This document shows positions 1-14,483 of a stretch of DNA of 64,000 nucleotides, piece after piece; position 1 is the first letter of the stretch, and each line of letters begins with the position of its first letter. The DNA lies in assembly GCA_965202585.1 (NCBI GenBank), contig OZ241829.1:18042001-18106000 (forward strand), in the 5' to 3' direction. Below the pieces are notes generated by a model that searched no databases, had not been told where the DNA came from, and saw only the letters and a program-made list of their open reading frames with translations. This DNA comes from Thalia democratica (lineage: Eukaryota). Position numbers and translations under genes: made by a program.

Positions 1-784
1 GTTATAATTGTACTTTTATTAAACTTTTTTATACTTTGTTTTTCGTTCATACTAAAACTTATTCTAAATTTCTTTCTTTCTTTTTATTTTTGAAAACTAC
101 GAAATAGTTATAAGTTTTAGTTCAGTTAAAAAGTTTATTAAAAAGTTAGTGTGACTTATTTAAGGAATGTTTATATTTATTCAGTGTTACTTTCTTTAGA
201 ATAATATGTTTTAAATATAATTTTACTTTAGATTGATGTACAACTTAAAGATTTAAATATTTGCAAACTCTCGGTTATAAGAGTTTTTATTTTTGAAATG
301 TCTTGTTTTTACAGAAAAATAAACTTGAATATTTCGATAGAAAAATAAGTATTTACATTTTAGAACAAAATTTAGTATTTTAGGAACTGCATTACTATTT
401 AAAAATTTTATAATGACAAAAATTTGACTATTTATCTAGGAATAAAGTATTTATTAAAAAGCAGATTAAAGACATCTTAACTTTACTGCCACCTAAAAAA
501 TAAGTTTATTATAAATAATAGGTATAAAAATGTGCTTACTTTTTAAAGTTAAGAGTTTTGAAGATTTACATACAACAGCTTCATTAATTGTTATTTATAT
601 AAATGAATAATTTAAAGAGAAAAATTAACCTTTCTAAGGGCTACTTTATTACTTGTTTCTGTACTTATGACTTTAAAAGCAATAATATTTTATTTAGTTT
701 TCAAAAGAAATATTTTAAAGAGTGCCTCAATAACTTTTGTAAATATTTATTTAAAATTATCAAACTCTTTCAAGATTTACTGTT

Positions 785-2830
785 TACTGATTGAATTTTG
801 TTAAAAATTGTTTAAAAATTATTGAAGTTAAAAGTGAATTTATTACGTTTGACGGTTTTGAATTTATATGCTTTGATTTAATTCTCAGCGGATTAAAGTT
901 AATATTTCTATGCATTTATATCTCTCCAAATCTTTCTAAATCTATAAAAATTGTATCAAACATAATTGACCTAATTAAACATTTCACACCAAAAAATGTT
1001 TCTTTCTATATTATTGATGACTTTAATTTTTCTAATATTTATTGGAGTATTCCAAGCTCAACATTTAATGAATGTAAAAAATTTTAATAAGTTTTGTTCA
1101 GAAAGTTATTTAACTTAAATTATTGATTCATCTACATATTAAGACGGTGGTGTTCTAGATTTAGTGCTTAGTAGTTGCATGGGGTTAAATAGAATTAAAT
1201 TTAATTCAGTGGATTCACCATTTACTAAAACTAATGACCATTTCCTATTATCTTTTGACATTAATGTTAATAAGAGCATGAACTCAGCTACTGTGACATT
1301 TTACCCATCTTTTTCCAGAGCGGATTTAAAGTGTATTAACGAATGTTTGTCAAATATAGATTGAAAATTTACTTATAATAAATTAGAAAATTTACAGAGG
1401 TTTTTATGATAAATCTCTTAACATTATTGATCTTACAATGTTTGTACCCTTGAAGAACAAAGATAAAATAAGAAAAATATATCCTTCTAACTTAAAAAAG
1501 CTACTAAAAGAAAAGCAAAAGCTATACAAAAAATGCAAGTTAGATCAGCAGATTACTAAAAATACAAGCTAGTTTCAAAAGCATTCGAAAAAGCTGTAAA
1601 AAATTTCGACATACAACATGAAAAAGCTTTTGTCAAACTACAAATTCAAAAAAAATTTTACTCTCTTGTAAAATCAAAGCCAAATCTATCACCTTCATTT
1701 ACTCTTATACTTAATGAAAATATTTTACCATTTTTTTTCTGACTTTGATAAAGCCACTTGTTTTAAAAAATCATTCAAAACAATATTTAGTAAACATTAT
1801 GAAGTTGAACATTTTAAACTTATGGATAAAATTTGTCCTGAAATGCAGATCTGTTTTATTAGAAAATAGTTGAAATCGAAATAGTTGAGTTTGTAAATCA
1901 TTTAAAAGATAAATTAATTAGAACAGCAGAAAATATACCTTCATATTTTTTGAAATGAACTTTTTGCTCTTTCATTTTTCCAATCTCGTTAACTTTTAAT
2001 TGCGCTTTACCTATATCTTTTACACTAAGGCAATGGAAAATATCTTAGATTAACCAATATACAAAAAAAGAAACAGAATTAAACTCATTAAACTAGAGAC
2101 CAATTTCACTAACTAGTAGCTTTTGCAGATCTTTTAAACATATAATTTCATTAAAAATACTTAATTATATATTTTTAAATAATCTTGTTTCTCCGAAACA
2201 ATTTGGTTTTCTTCCTAAACGAACTTTATTTCAGATAAGTTAAAATAAAACTATTACATTAACTATATGTACTGTACTGCATCAATTTTATTTTTTCAAA
2301 TTTTAAAAAGCTTTATATCTACGGATTTAAAAATTCTTAAAAAATTGTACTTAGTTTACATCCGTCCTAAGATCGAATACAACACACCCTTTTGGTCTCC
2401 ATGTTCTATAAAATATATCAACCAACTAGAATTTTTTCAAAGAAAATTTAGAAGATTAATACTTAATCGGTGCAACATTTCACATACATCTTATATAGAT
2501 AGACTAACAGAGCTTTTTATAAAAACTTTAGAGTACAGAAGACATGAATTTGATCTTATTACTTTTTTTAAATTGTTTAACAATGAAGCTACTATTGATT
2601 TTCAAACTTTCTTTAAACCTTACAAAAATAACTACTTGCTAAGAGGTAATAATAGAAAATATACATGAAATATCATTTCAACAATGTTGGTTACCAAAAT
2701 TTTTTTTTCTCGTTCGGTAAAGTTTTGGAACGAATTTTCAAATGAACTAGTATTGTGCAAAAATCTTGAACATTTTCGATTAAATTTAAAAACATTTAAT
2801 TTAAATAAAATATTTACCAGCAAAATTTTT
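785..2830 (+). mobile_element. CR1/L2-type non-LTR retrotransposon ORF2 remnant (frameshifted, RT core deleted)
   Basis: Fragmented ORFs give endonuclease C-terminal motifs (LCIYISPN, IIDDFNFSNIYW, GGVLDLV, TNDHFLLSF, SRADLKCINECL). An RT N-terminal part follows at ~2090-2225 (RPISLTSSFCR, KQFGFLPKR). Then comes the typical CR1 C-terminus (YLVYIRPKIEYNTPFWSP, LEFFQRKF, TLEYRRHEFDL). No YADD core lies between them. The element interrupts a flank that is continuous in the paralog at ~20090. Confidence 0.8.
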
Positions 2831-4307
2831 AAGTAGTTAGTTTTGTTCATTAAATAACCATTGATTTGGTGTGTGGTATGTAGTTATTAGTAGTTTGATT
2901 TTTAAACAACACCTTCCCCTTATAGACCTTAAGTACTTTTTAATTTTGATTTTTGACCGGTCTATTGTTAATGTGCTAGGTGTTTTAGATTCTAAAATTA
3001 TTAGATTCTTAGTTGATTCGTAAGCTAGATTTGTGAATTGTTGCTGCCTCATATTTGAAGTGATTATGACTTATCTGCTGTGGTGAAATGATGAATGGCG
3101 AATAGTTGTTGAGATCAATGTTCTGCAAGATGAAGATTTCTGTCTAAAGTTTAAAATAAATGCCGTTTTGAAAATTCTTGATTGATGATGAGTGGTTTTC
3201 AAGATGGTTCCTAGAATTTCGAGCCAGGTTCTAAAGAACTTATACAAGAGATGCTTGTTTCAAAGATTTGTTGTTTTGGAATTTATAATTGGAGATTGGT
3301 GACTTTGGAATCTTTAAATATTTTGGTTGTGAACGTTTTAGTTTTTTCAGTTTGTGCCTTGTATGGTTTTCTGTTTGTTTTAACACTGTAGTCTGTTTTA
3401 TTTTTTGTTAGTGTCTTTCAGTTTAAGTGGCTTAGATTTTAATACCTAGGTCCTTCGTTTGAAAATAAACTTCAATATTAATAAAAATAATTAAATATTT
3501 AGTTAACATGTTCAAAATCTTTCAAAATAACATGAATTAGTTTTTTAGATACCTTATTAAAAATAATTAATTAAAACAAGTTATTCTTTATTTTAAGAAA
3601 ACTATAGATATAAAATTAAATAACGTTTGGTTTACGACATTTGTGTGGAAAATCTTTAAAAATATTTAATTGTAATATTATTTGTTAAATTAATTGTAAT
3701 AAATGTTAGTAATAAAATTAAATTACGAGCTTACGATTTCTCGAACATTTTCTACTATCATTTTAATTAAACACTAAACATTTTTCTAACAACCTCCTAT
3801 ATAAGTTTAACAAAATAATTAATATATTGCAAAAAGTTTAATCAGGCAGGTTAATATCTATTGAGCAATCTTAATTGATAAAATATAAAATAACATAAAA
3901 AATCTATTTCAACTAAAATTATTTTTAATACTAAACTTTTCTCTTGTAGTCTTTAACAAAGAACAACTTGCAGTATGATCAAAACCTAAACATTAAAACT
4001 TTTAGGAATTTGCATAGGATAAACTATCTTGCCTTGAACATGGTCTATTTCTTAAAGTACTATTAGGATAAATAATAACGTCACTGATACAAATAAACAA
4101 ACAATCGCAAACAAACAAGTATTAGAAAAGAAAGTAGTCAGCTAAACAAACATTCTTTTAAGTTTAAACATTTAAAAAATAAAGTTTATAAATAGCGAGA
4201 TAACAGTTCTTTTATTATCTTTTATTCACTAGTCACCAATTTCTGTTAAAAAATGGTGTGTTATAATATATATCTCACAAGTTAAGCATATTTTAAAAGC
4301 AATGATG

Positions 4308-5420
4308 CTATCAAATCACAGTAGATTACAACAACACAACTATCACACCAAATTAGACCGCGATGTTACAACTATCACATCACAGTAGTTTAAAATAATA
4401 AAACTGGCACATTATAGTAGATCGTAACAATACAACTATCACATCACAGTGTATCGCAATAATACAACTGTCACATCACAGTAGATTGCAACAGCACAAC
4501 TATAACATCACAGTAGATTCCAACAATGCTAATAACACATCACAGTAGTTCTCAACAACACAACTATCACACCAAATTAGACCGCAATGTTACAACTATC
4601 ACATCACAGTAGTTTGGAACTTTAAAACTAGCACATTATAGTAGATCGCTGGGATACAAACATGTAGGTAAAAATGATAAGAAAAAGCTTTCCGACGGAC
4701 GGTTACTTTAAATCGGCCAAGACATCTAGGAAAAACATTCATGTAACAGTAAAACAACTCAAAAAAGTACAAAGTCTTTTGAGGAATTAAGTCAAAAAGA
4801 TGGTTTTCTTAAATAATTTAACAACAGAGATTTGATAATTGTAGTTCAATAGTGTTACTGACATTAGTCTGAAATAGTTGTAGGCTTTAACTTGGTTTAT
4901 GCGTAAATTTAAATAAAATTTAAATTTTGAGTTATGATTATTTAGTGTAACAACGAACCACTCATTACATTTAATGTTTCGTTTTATTTCAGAAGATTTA
5001 AAGTTAAAGAATTTCAATGTTTTGTTAAAATGTAAAGTTAAAATGTAAAGTTAAAGAATTTGAATTTCAATGTTGATTTCGTGGACGAAGAGATTGTGAA
5101 TAGTAGTCACAATTGTGAATGGACGGCCACGAAGAGGTTGGGAATGGGATTTTTTTGAGGTTTGACTAAATATCTTCAACCATAAAAAGATATTCTTTGA
5201 ATGATTCAGCTCATTCGGATCAACATCATTATAGTTGTACAGATGCGATCTACTGTGATGTGCTAGTTGTAGTGTTGCAATCTACTGTGATGTGATAGTT
5301 GTATCGTTGCGACCTACTGTGATGTGAAATTAGTATCGTTGCGATCTACTGTGATTTGATAGTTGTACCGTTGTGACCTAATGTGATGGAAAAGTTTTAT
5401 CATTGCGATCTAGTGTGATC
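4308..5420. mobile_element. Foldback-like non-autonomous element, copy A (inverted 32-bp repeat arrays flanking a spacer)
   Basis: Array of cacatcacagtagattgcaacaatacaactat at ~4308-4650 and its reverse complement at ~5222-5420. The spacer begins gatacaaac...ttccgacgg...aagacat as in copies C and E. Confidence 0.6.
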
Positions 5421-6461
5421 TTATACTTTATAATGAAAACAAACTATAAATGAGTGAGTTTTTTGATTAAGTTTATAAAAGTTCGGTCTGTTGTTTGTTT
5501 ATAGTGTATTTCATTTGATCATAAATTATATTATAAATGATTAACTTTGCTAGAGATTAAGAACAGATGAGAAATAAAACAAAACATTTTTTTATAAATC
5601 TTTTTTATAAAAATCGGAGCAGTCTTTAACAATATAAGAATTTTAATGATTTAAGTTGTATAAATATACTATTTTAATTCACCTAGTTTAGTTTCTTTAG
5701 CTATTATAGTTATGAAATTATTATACTTACATTTAATGTTTATACTGAATTTATATTTTTAAGAAAATCTAATTAACATATTCAAACTCTTTCAAGGTTT
5801 ACTGAATTAATTTTTATATTATTTTAAAAATTCACGATTGGTTTATAATAGTTAACCTGCTCGATTAAACTTTTTGCAATGTTTAATTTTATAGTGTAGC
5901 TTGTTGGAAAAATGTCTAACGTTCAAGTAAAATGTTAGTAGCAAAAGTTTGAAAATACGTAAGCTCTAGGATATACACAAATATCGTAAACCAAATTATA
6001 ACTATTTATCGATTGATAATTTTCTTTGAATTAAGTTACTTTAAAAAAGTATTCTTATTAAGGTAACTTAAAAAAATGTATTAAGTAAATCTTGAAAGAG
6101 TTTTAAAATGTAAAATAAATTTTTAAAAGAGTATATATTAAGTATGAATATTAGTACAAGTATAATAAGTTCATAAGTGTTTTAGCTAAAGAAATTTAAA
6201 AAGGTGAATTAAAAGAGAATAAATATACAATTAAATTTGTTAAAAGTTTTTAACTGTTAAAGACTGCTCCTATTATTATAAATAATCTTATAAATAAAAT
6301 TGTTCACCTTATTACTCATATAATCTTAATCTCTAGCAAAGTTAAACACTATAATCAAACTTACGCAGAGATAAAATACACTATAAACAAACAACGGACC
6401 GAAATTTTATAAACTTAATCAAAATTACTCGTTTATATTTTCTTTGAATTATAAAGTTTAA

Positions 6462-7550
6462 GATCACATTAGATCGCAAAACTATTCCATCACAATAGGT
6501 CACAACGGTACAAGATAAACTCACAGTAGATCGCAACGATATTACTATCACATCACAGTAGATCGCTATGATACAACTATTGCATCACATTTAATTGCAA
6601 TAATACAACTCTCAAGTCACAGTAGATTGCAACGATACAATTATCACATTACAGTAGATCACAACGATACAACTATCACATCACAGGGTTTTAAAGTGTA
6701 AATTAATCTTTTAAGCAGTTCTATAAAAGACAAACATTGATTTAAACTTATTAAATGTTTTATCCACACAATACTAAAACTTAAAATAATTTATTTTTTG
6801 TACAAAAGGAAAAATCTAACAGTTATATTATAATCATTAAATATAGAAAATAAAACTTTTTTATTTATTAGTGTTTATTAATATTACTTAAAATTATCAA
6901 AAATCGAGTTTTATAATAGAAAATACTAAATTTTCTTTACGTAGTATCGAACATATTCTAAATTAAACTATATAATATAACTTAAAGTTAAAAAATTTTC
7001 TAATATACGCTAAATTCAGTCTTTTGTCTACAACTACTTATGGATGTTCTTAGTAACAATATTGAGCTACAATTATCGAATCTTTGTTGTTAAATTATTT
7101 AAGAAAGCCATATGACTCAACTTTCAAAAGACTCAGTAAGAGTATTTAAATAACTGTTTTTACTAAAAGTATTGGCCAATTTAAAGTTTTTTTTTAATAA
7201 TTTTTATCTACGTGTTTGTATCGTAGCGATCTACTATGATGTTATAGTTTTATTGTTTTAATCTATTGTGATGTAATAGTTGTAACGTTGCAATCTACTG
7301 TAATGTGATAGTTGTGTTGTTGATATTTGTTGTGATGTGATAGTTGACGTGTTGTAATCAACTGTGATGTGTTATTTATGTTGTTGAGATCTACTGTGAT
7401 GTGATAGTTGAAACATTGCAGTTTACTGTGATGTGATAGTTGTGTTGTTGAGATCTACTGTGATGTGATAGTTGAAACATTGCGGTTTACTGTGATGCTA
7501 TAGTTGTGTTGTTGAGATCTACTGTGATGTGATGGTTGCATCGTTGTTTT
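6462..7550. mobile_element. Foldback-like element, copy B (spacer inverted relative to A)
   Basis: 32-bp array at ~6462-6686 and reverse array at ~7222-7550. The spacer is the reverse complement of that in A/C/E. Flank 6320-6460 is an inverted copy of 5420-5570. Confidence 0.6.
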
Positions 7551-7679
7551 GAATAATACTAATTGGTGACATACATATTATATTAGATAAATTCATAAAC
7601 AGTATTTGAGGACTGGTGATTATAAGGTAATAAAATAACTGCTTCCTTGTAATTTTATCAATTTTAATTTTATAAAAAT

Positions 7680-8165
7680 GTTTGTTTATTTAACTATCTT
7701 TTCTATTAGATTAGTAAATTCATTGATTACTTTTTCTATCATAAGCCATACAATTGTTAACAGATACTTTGTTTCACCAACAACAACAATTAACTTATGC
7801 ATGAATCTACAAACACAAATTCTTGACCGCTCTTCTAACATTGAAGGCAAAACTTTCCAACTCTTACTGGGTTCAAGTATGTATTTAAATGAAGACCTTT
7901 ATTCACTATCTCCGAGTTCATACAAGTTTTAGCCACTAATATTTAAATTTTAATCACTGTTAGTTTTTGGTAGAGAACAAACATGTTTGTTACTTGCTGA
8001 ATTTTTAAACTGAAAGGAGGATCTAAAATTTTAATGGTTCCATCTATGCTAACAACTAAACTGATGTCTTCTTGAGGACAATACCTTGCTTGATACAAAA
8101 CCGGTAACTTACGAGTTAACTGTTTGCCACACTTCATACTGAGTTGACTGTCCGACTTCATTAAA
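7680..8165 (-). pseudogene. Kelch-domain gene copy K1 (frameshifted, 3'-truncated)
   Basis: MKSDSQLSMKCGKQL...LYQARYCPQEDISLVVS, then after a frameshift KVLPSMLEERSRICVCRFMHKLIVVG. Matches the other copies. Confidence 0.7.
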
Positions 8166-9871
8166 ATACTTTTAAAACAAATAGAATCATAAGTAACCTG
8201 TTTTGTGGTAAAAACATAGAAACTATGACTAGTTAATTATAGATTTAAAAAATTAAAAATGAAAGTTTTGTTTTAAGTTTACTATGAATTTTGTTATAAA
8301 GTTCACAGAACTAATTTAACAGAATATTTTTCAAACAATATAATTACCAAAAACTTTTGAGCTTTGTTTAATACTGCTACTTAAGTTTAAAAAAAAAGTA
8401 AAGTTTGTAACATTAATGATTTTTTCTTAAAGTTTTCAAATAATTAAACTTTTTAATAAATAATGATTAAATAACTAAAATTGAGAAACAACAAATAAGA
8501 TTACTTATAGCAAACACGTTAAATTCTTAATCATAAACCGTTTTACTAGTCCTTGTATTTAGTGGTCAGTGGTTCAATAATATATTTTTAATATTCTAAG
8601 CAATCAAAACTTAATAACATTTATTGCAATTTATTACAAATTTTAATTTATCTACCACAAAAATCTTAGCAAGCAACATTTATACTATCTAATTGTATAT
8701 TTTAAGTAAAATTCTCAAAACAAAATGTTGCATTAGCTTACAATACAAGTAAACATGAAATAGTAAGATTTACTTACTATAAAACTAGTTATAAGTCATG
8801 AACTAGATATCATTGATAGCCCTTATCTTAGAGCTTTTAAAGGTAAGTTCTTATTAGGTTTTAATTTGTGAATAAATATAACTTTATAAACATAATGAGA
8901 AAAAAATTTCAAGTTTTAAATTACATAATGGTTTCAATGATTCACCTCAACATAAGCGTAAATTTATTTTACTTACAAAGTTTCGTTAACGTAATGATAT
9001 AGTGTGGATAGATGATAAATTTAATCGTATATTGTATACTTCTACAAATAAGAAAGTATTACTTAAGTTTATATCTTATACTATAACGAAAAAAAAAACA
9101 CAATATTGTATTACAAGGAGAAATAAAGTTTGATTTTTCAAATATCTAAATACTAAAAATTAAAAACAAAACTTAAAGTTCTAATTTAGCCTGTTCAGTT
9201 TATAAGTACATTTATAAAACTTATGTGTGTATCGTGTTTAAAGTCTTAAGTATAGTTTAGTGTAACCTAAATTTTTGTTCAAGTAAAATACTCGTTAAAC
9301 AAAAGGTCAAAAATATTTAAAACAATTAAATATATCAAACAAAATTAATATGTTTTGTTCTACGACTATAGATCAACAACGAATTTCTTTACAACATATT
9401 TTTTAACCTACTCTCAACCAAGTGTAAAGATTAATCATTAAGCATTGACAACTTGTACTTTAAATTGATATTATCAGGATATATTTTAACTTATACTTAA
9501 AATTTAACTTTCAAATCAAGTGTCTAATAAATGTTTGTGCAATCGGGCTGCATTAGTGGTTTTGAATGAAACACAGTAAGAAAACTTAAGCTGTTTTTTT
9601 TTTAATTTAAATTTAACTTGTAGATTAATTTTTTTTTAAGCTTTATTAATAAAAAAAAAAATAAAAACAATTTGTTTTTAGTCTACCGTAGAAAAGCTCA
9701 ATATTTTGAAAATATAACTAAACTTTTCTAAACTTTTTTCTTAACATGTTTTAAACTGAGTTATTGTTGTATGTAGATCATAAAATCATCTAAAAATAGT
9801 ATAAATAAAATTTTATATGTTTTGGTTTTAAGAAAACAAATAAAGATATCTCAACTACTAAGAAAGAAATA

Positions 9872-9950
9872 ATGGATTTATTCTTTCAAGACCTTAGTTT
9901 ACAAACTAAGTTTCGGTCAAAGACCTCGTCAGTGGTTAAATAAATCTAAG
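9872..9950 (-). ncRNA. Hammerhead-ribozyme-like motif (type I topology, degenerate stem I), probably from a Penelope-like terminal repeat
   Basis: Minus strand reads CTGACGA-GGTC-ttt-GACC-GAAA-CTTAGTTT-gt-AAACTAAG-GTC. This gives the core CUGANGA/GAAA, a 4-bp stem II, an 8-bp stem III with one extra G, and a GUC triplet at 9890-9892. Confidence 0.45.
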
Positions 9951-10423
9951 AAGATATGTATGTATCAGGACTGTAACATATCTCTTTAGATTTATTTTAG
10001 CATTGACGTGGTCTAACTAAAACTTAGTTTGTAAAATGACTGCTTAAAAAAATACATTCATAAATGAAATTTTGTTATAAACTAACACTTAAAAACAAAA
10101 TGTTTTTCAAAACCTTATGTATATATATATATCTGTTTTATACTAAACTTTTTACAAAAAAAAAAAGTATTGTAGATTTTTTTAAAGCTTATATAATTTT
10201 TGGTTTTAAATAAGTAGCAATTATAAGTTCTATATATGTTCAAAAATTGAAAGTACCTGATAAAAACTATAGGAATATTGTCCATTTTTTAGTGTTAACT
10301 TTTAGAACAAATTAAGACAATTCTGAAAAAAAAAAATATACTTCAACCATTTATAGTAATTTAAAGTTTAGGTAAATCTATTGGTTTGTATAATTATATA
10401 ATGTTATAAAAAATATAGTTCAC

Positions 10424-11880
10424 ATGATCACAGTAGACCGCAATAATACAACTATCACATCATATAAAACCGCAATGTTAAAACATTCATATCTCAGTAG
10501 ATTGCAACAATACAACCATCACATCACAACAGACTGCAACCATACAACTATCACATTACTGTAAATCGCAACAATGCAACTATCACATCACAGTAGACAG
10601 TAATATTACAACTGTCACATAACAGTAGATTGCAACAATAAAACTATCACATTACACTCCAAGATGTTGTTGTTTAAAAGGAAAAAAAAAATCTAAACTT
10701 TAATGAAAAAACTGCTAGAACTACTATCTGTCTTTTTTCACACAATTAAGCTTAATCAGTGAAGTTAATAAATCGTTATTAAATAATATCCTGGAACTAA
10801 AACAAACCTAATAAAATACTGTTTTTTTTCCAAAAAGTCTATTAAAATTTAGTTTATTTTAGCGGGTCAAAATTATTTGCTCGAGAACCACATTTACATG
10901 TTCGCGGGCCGCAGTTTTTATTTTTGCAGGCCGCATTCTATTAAAATAAAAACATGCTGGCGGGCCGCAAATTTACACTTTCAGGGCCGCAGCTGGCTCT
11001 CATACCGCAGTTTGCCGAATCCTGCATTAGACCGTAACACTACAGCTATCACATCACAATAGATCGCAACAATATAACTATTATACCACAGTAGATTGCA
11101 ATGATACAATTGAATAGATAAAAAAATGTTGAAAATGATGCTTAGAATGGTGGCTTTCCGTCGGTTGCTTTAAATCAGACAAGACATTTGGGTAAAAAAG
11201 ACATTTATGTAAATGTATGACAACAATGAAAAAAACAAAGCCTTTTAAAGTGTTAAGTCAAATGTTGATTTTTTAAATAATTAAACTACAGAGTAAGATA
11301 ATTATAGCTACATAGTATTACGACCAATAGTTATAAACAATTGTAGACTAATAGTTGGTCTGTGCGTAACTTTGAGAAATTTTTAAGTTTTAGGTTATGA
11401 TTATACCTATAGTTTTTTAATGTTCAATACAACATGAAAAAAATTAGTTTTTTTAGATCAATTTGGAATTAGAACTAATTAATATCAATTAGAATAAAAG
11501 TTTTTATGTTATTCATTTGTCAAATACTAATACAACTGTTAAATTTTCTTGTTGTAGTAAATTAAATTTACTTTAATTTTTATTTTTGACATAAATAGAA
11601 CATTTGCTGAATTCTAAATCAATGCTCGTCTTTTATATAATTGCGTCAAACTTTAGTTTACACTTTCAAACACCCGTGATGTAAAAGTAGTACAATTGTG
11701 ATCTACTTTGATGTAATAGTTGTAAGGTTGCGGTTTACTGTGATGTGATAGTTGTATTGTTGTGACCTACTGTAACGTGATAGTTGTATTATTTGCGATC
11801 TACTGTGATGCGATAGTTGTATTGTTGCGTTCTACTGTGATCTGATAGTTGTAATGTTGTGATCTACTGTGATGTGAAGG
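10424..11880. mobile_element. Foldback-like element, copy C (left array interrupted by an insertion)
   Basis: 32-bp units at ~10424-10650 and ~11026-11105, spacer ~11105-11677, reverse array ~11677-11880. Confidence 0.55.
10860..11024. mobile_element. hAT-type MITE terminal fragment
   Basis: GC-rich island with repeated gcgggccgca motifs, ending ...ccgcagtttgccgaatcctg. This resembles the common hAT-MITE terminus CAGGGGTCGGCAAACTGCGGC. The opposite TIR and TSD were not identified. Confidence 0.5.
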
Positions 11881-12419
11881 ATGTTTTGTTGAGGTCATAA
11901 TTTGAAACTTTTGAAACTTACAAAAGATATTCTTGATTTTACGATAACAAAATTAAAGTTAGTATTCATGTTGGTATTCTATAAACTTAAATTTTTAATT
12001 GACCGTCTTGTTTTACAACCAAGATATTTATAAAAACTAGATAATTAATTGTTTTATAATCATTAGTGAAGTTGTTAATTTCATAGGCTACATTTAACTG
12101 TTAGAATAGAAGGTTATTTTCTTTTTAACATTTTTTTATTAGAAAACAATCGTCGACATATGTCATACTTTTAGTGTAAGGGTACTTGGTTATAAATTTT
12201 GGTATAATATTGATTTCAACAGATCCATTTAGGATATAAGCTAAAGTCTGACCTAAAGGAGGTCCCATAGCAACTCCGCCGGTTTGAAAAAATTATTATA
12301 ATTATTGTCATATGTTATTTATAATTAAACAAACTCAGAAAATTAAAACTTATTAGTTCAAACCAGAAAATATTTTAGACAGTTTAAATTAAAAAAATTA
12401 TATAAATTTTAAAACTTCA

Positions 12420-13170
12420 ATGTTTGAAAATCTTTGCAAAACTAAAATAATCAAGCATTCCGGGTCGCGGATATCTTTAGAAGTCCAAGATTTTTCTTTT
12501 ACGTCATAACAAAAAGCTGAAGTTCTTCTTATTTTTTTATTAAGTAAAAATTTTTCATTTTACTGCTTGTAACAAATAAATATTGTCACCAACAGTAATC
12601 ACATCAACTTTAGGCAAATACAAGTAAATGTTTTCTATTTTAGGAATGCTATTAACAGATGTAAATTAATTTGAAATACTATCATATACCTCACAAGCAT
12701 TTCAATTTAGCAATCACAAACATTTTGTTTTTTGTACTCAAATTGCTGTGGGCAGAGTTTTCCTTTAACATATCAGGAAGTTGTGTCCATTTATTTCATG
12801 AAAAAATAAGCTTCAACGGATTTTACAATACCGCCAGAAAGACTTGTAATTTTCCAACCACCAGTTACATCAGTTTTACCTTGAAAAGCTGTACAAAATG
12901 ATTTTTAACGAATATTATATATTATTTTATGACAATTAAAGCTATATATGTCCATTAATTACATTTGCTATATTTATCAGTACAATTTGTATCCACCAAT
13001 TAAAAATATCTTCTGCATTAACTACAAACACAAATTTTTGACCGCTCATCTAACAATGAAGGCAATACATTCAAGCTTTTACTAGTTCCAGACAAATTTA
13101 CAAATGAACTATATTGCTGTCAAGTACATACAAATTAGAACAATTAACGACTAATTTTTATTCACATTAA
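12420..13170 (-). pseudogene. Kelch-domain gene copy K2 (5'-truncated, multiple stops)
   Basis: Minus strand gives SLNVLPSLLDERSKICVCS* and later kelch segments (gtggttggaaaattac, catgaaaataaatggacacaacttcctgatatg). Near copy of K6. Confidence 0.7.
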
Positions 13171-13289
13171 ATTTAAGTTTATTAAAGGAAAACTAATTCA
13201 AAATAGAAAACTTACTAGTTTAAAACTAACAAAACTTCAAAGTTGTCATAAAAAAGGTTAAAAAAAAACTTTTTTTTCAAACTTCAATA

Positions 13290-14240
13290 ATTAAACATCT
13301 TCCCAAAACTAAAATCATCAAAACGTTTAGCGTTGCAGTTGACTTCAGAAGTATTAGGACCTAGATTCTTGTTATTTAAGCAAGTTATAATTCTTTCCAT
13401 TAACTTTATAACTTCAAACACATGTATTTTATAATCACCAAAAATCGTACTAGTGTTTGGCGAATAATCGGAATTTTCTTTATATGTAATTATATTATCC
13501 TGATTGAAAAGTTATTTGAAATACTATTAAAAATTTCACCATTATTGCTAAAGTATCTAGCAACCACAAACATTTTGATTCCTATGCTTACAGAGCAATG
13601 GCTACACCTTTCTTGTATTACATCAGGAACTTGTCTACTTTTATTTTCATGAAAGTAATACGCTTCAACAGACATCAAAAGTACATGTACAAATACCTAT
13701 ATGTTTATCTATCAAACCAAGAGTAACGCCAATTTTCCCTTAAAAACAATACAGGAAGTATATTATCTATTTATATTCAATAAAACTATGTAATTCCACT
13801 CTTTACTTTAGCAATCGTAAGTCATACAAGAGTTAATGGACTTTATTTTTTACGTCCGTTAAGTACTATTATCTTTTGTATTAAAACACAAATACAAGTT
13901 TTCGATTGTTCATCCAATAACCAATGCAAAACATTCAAACTTTTGCTCAATTCAGAGAGCTTTACAAATGAAGAAATTTTCTCTTAATCTGCAAATAGAT
14001 GAAAGTTTGATACACTAACGACTAATTTTTGACCACGTCTGATTTTCTGTAAAGAAAAAACAGATATTCTACTTGTTAAATATTTAAGACGGATAGGGTG
14101 TTCTGAAGGTTTCGTAATTCCATTATTACAAACAACTATACTGATGTCTTCTCGACCACAGTACCTTAATTGATACAAATTAGAAAGCTTAAAAGATTAA
14201 TTGTTTTCTATACTGTATGAAATGACTGTACGACTTAGTT
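13290..14240 (-). pseudogene. Kelch-domain gene copy K3
   Basis: ORF fragments MYQLRYCGREDISIVVCNNG... and SVEAYYFHENKSRQVPDVIQERCSHCSVSIGIKMFVVARYFSNNGEIFNS, separated by stops and frameshifts. Confidence 0.75.
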
Positions 14241-14483
14241 CAAAAAACAAATATAATCAAGATTCACAAGTTTCATGAAAACATGAAGGTATTGATAATT
14301 AATGATGGTATTTTAAAACTTAAAAAATCTTACTGATCTGTTTTGTTTACTAAAATTCATTGTGTTATTAAACTAACTACTTTAACTTCAAAAGAAACTT
14401 ATAAAATAAATATTAATATGTTTTTTACTATACGCATTTATTTACACAGTTAAAACAAACTTTAAACAAAATGACCTTAAATA

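Noticed and set aside
2837-3450. Minus-strand segment as the inverted 5' endonuclease part of the LINE
   Set aside because: The RTWL and RGRCC look-alikes are about 105 codons apart, too far for the ETWL-to-RGGG spacing. Origin unresolved.
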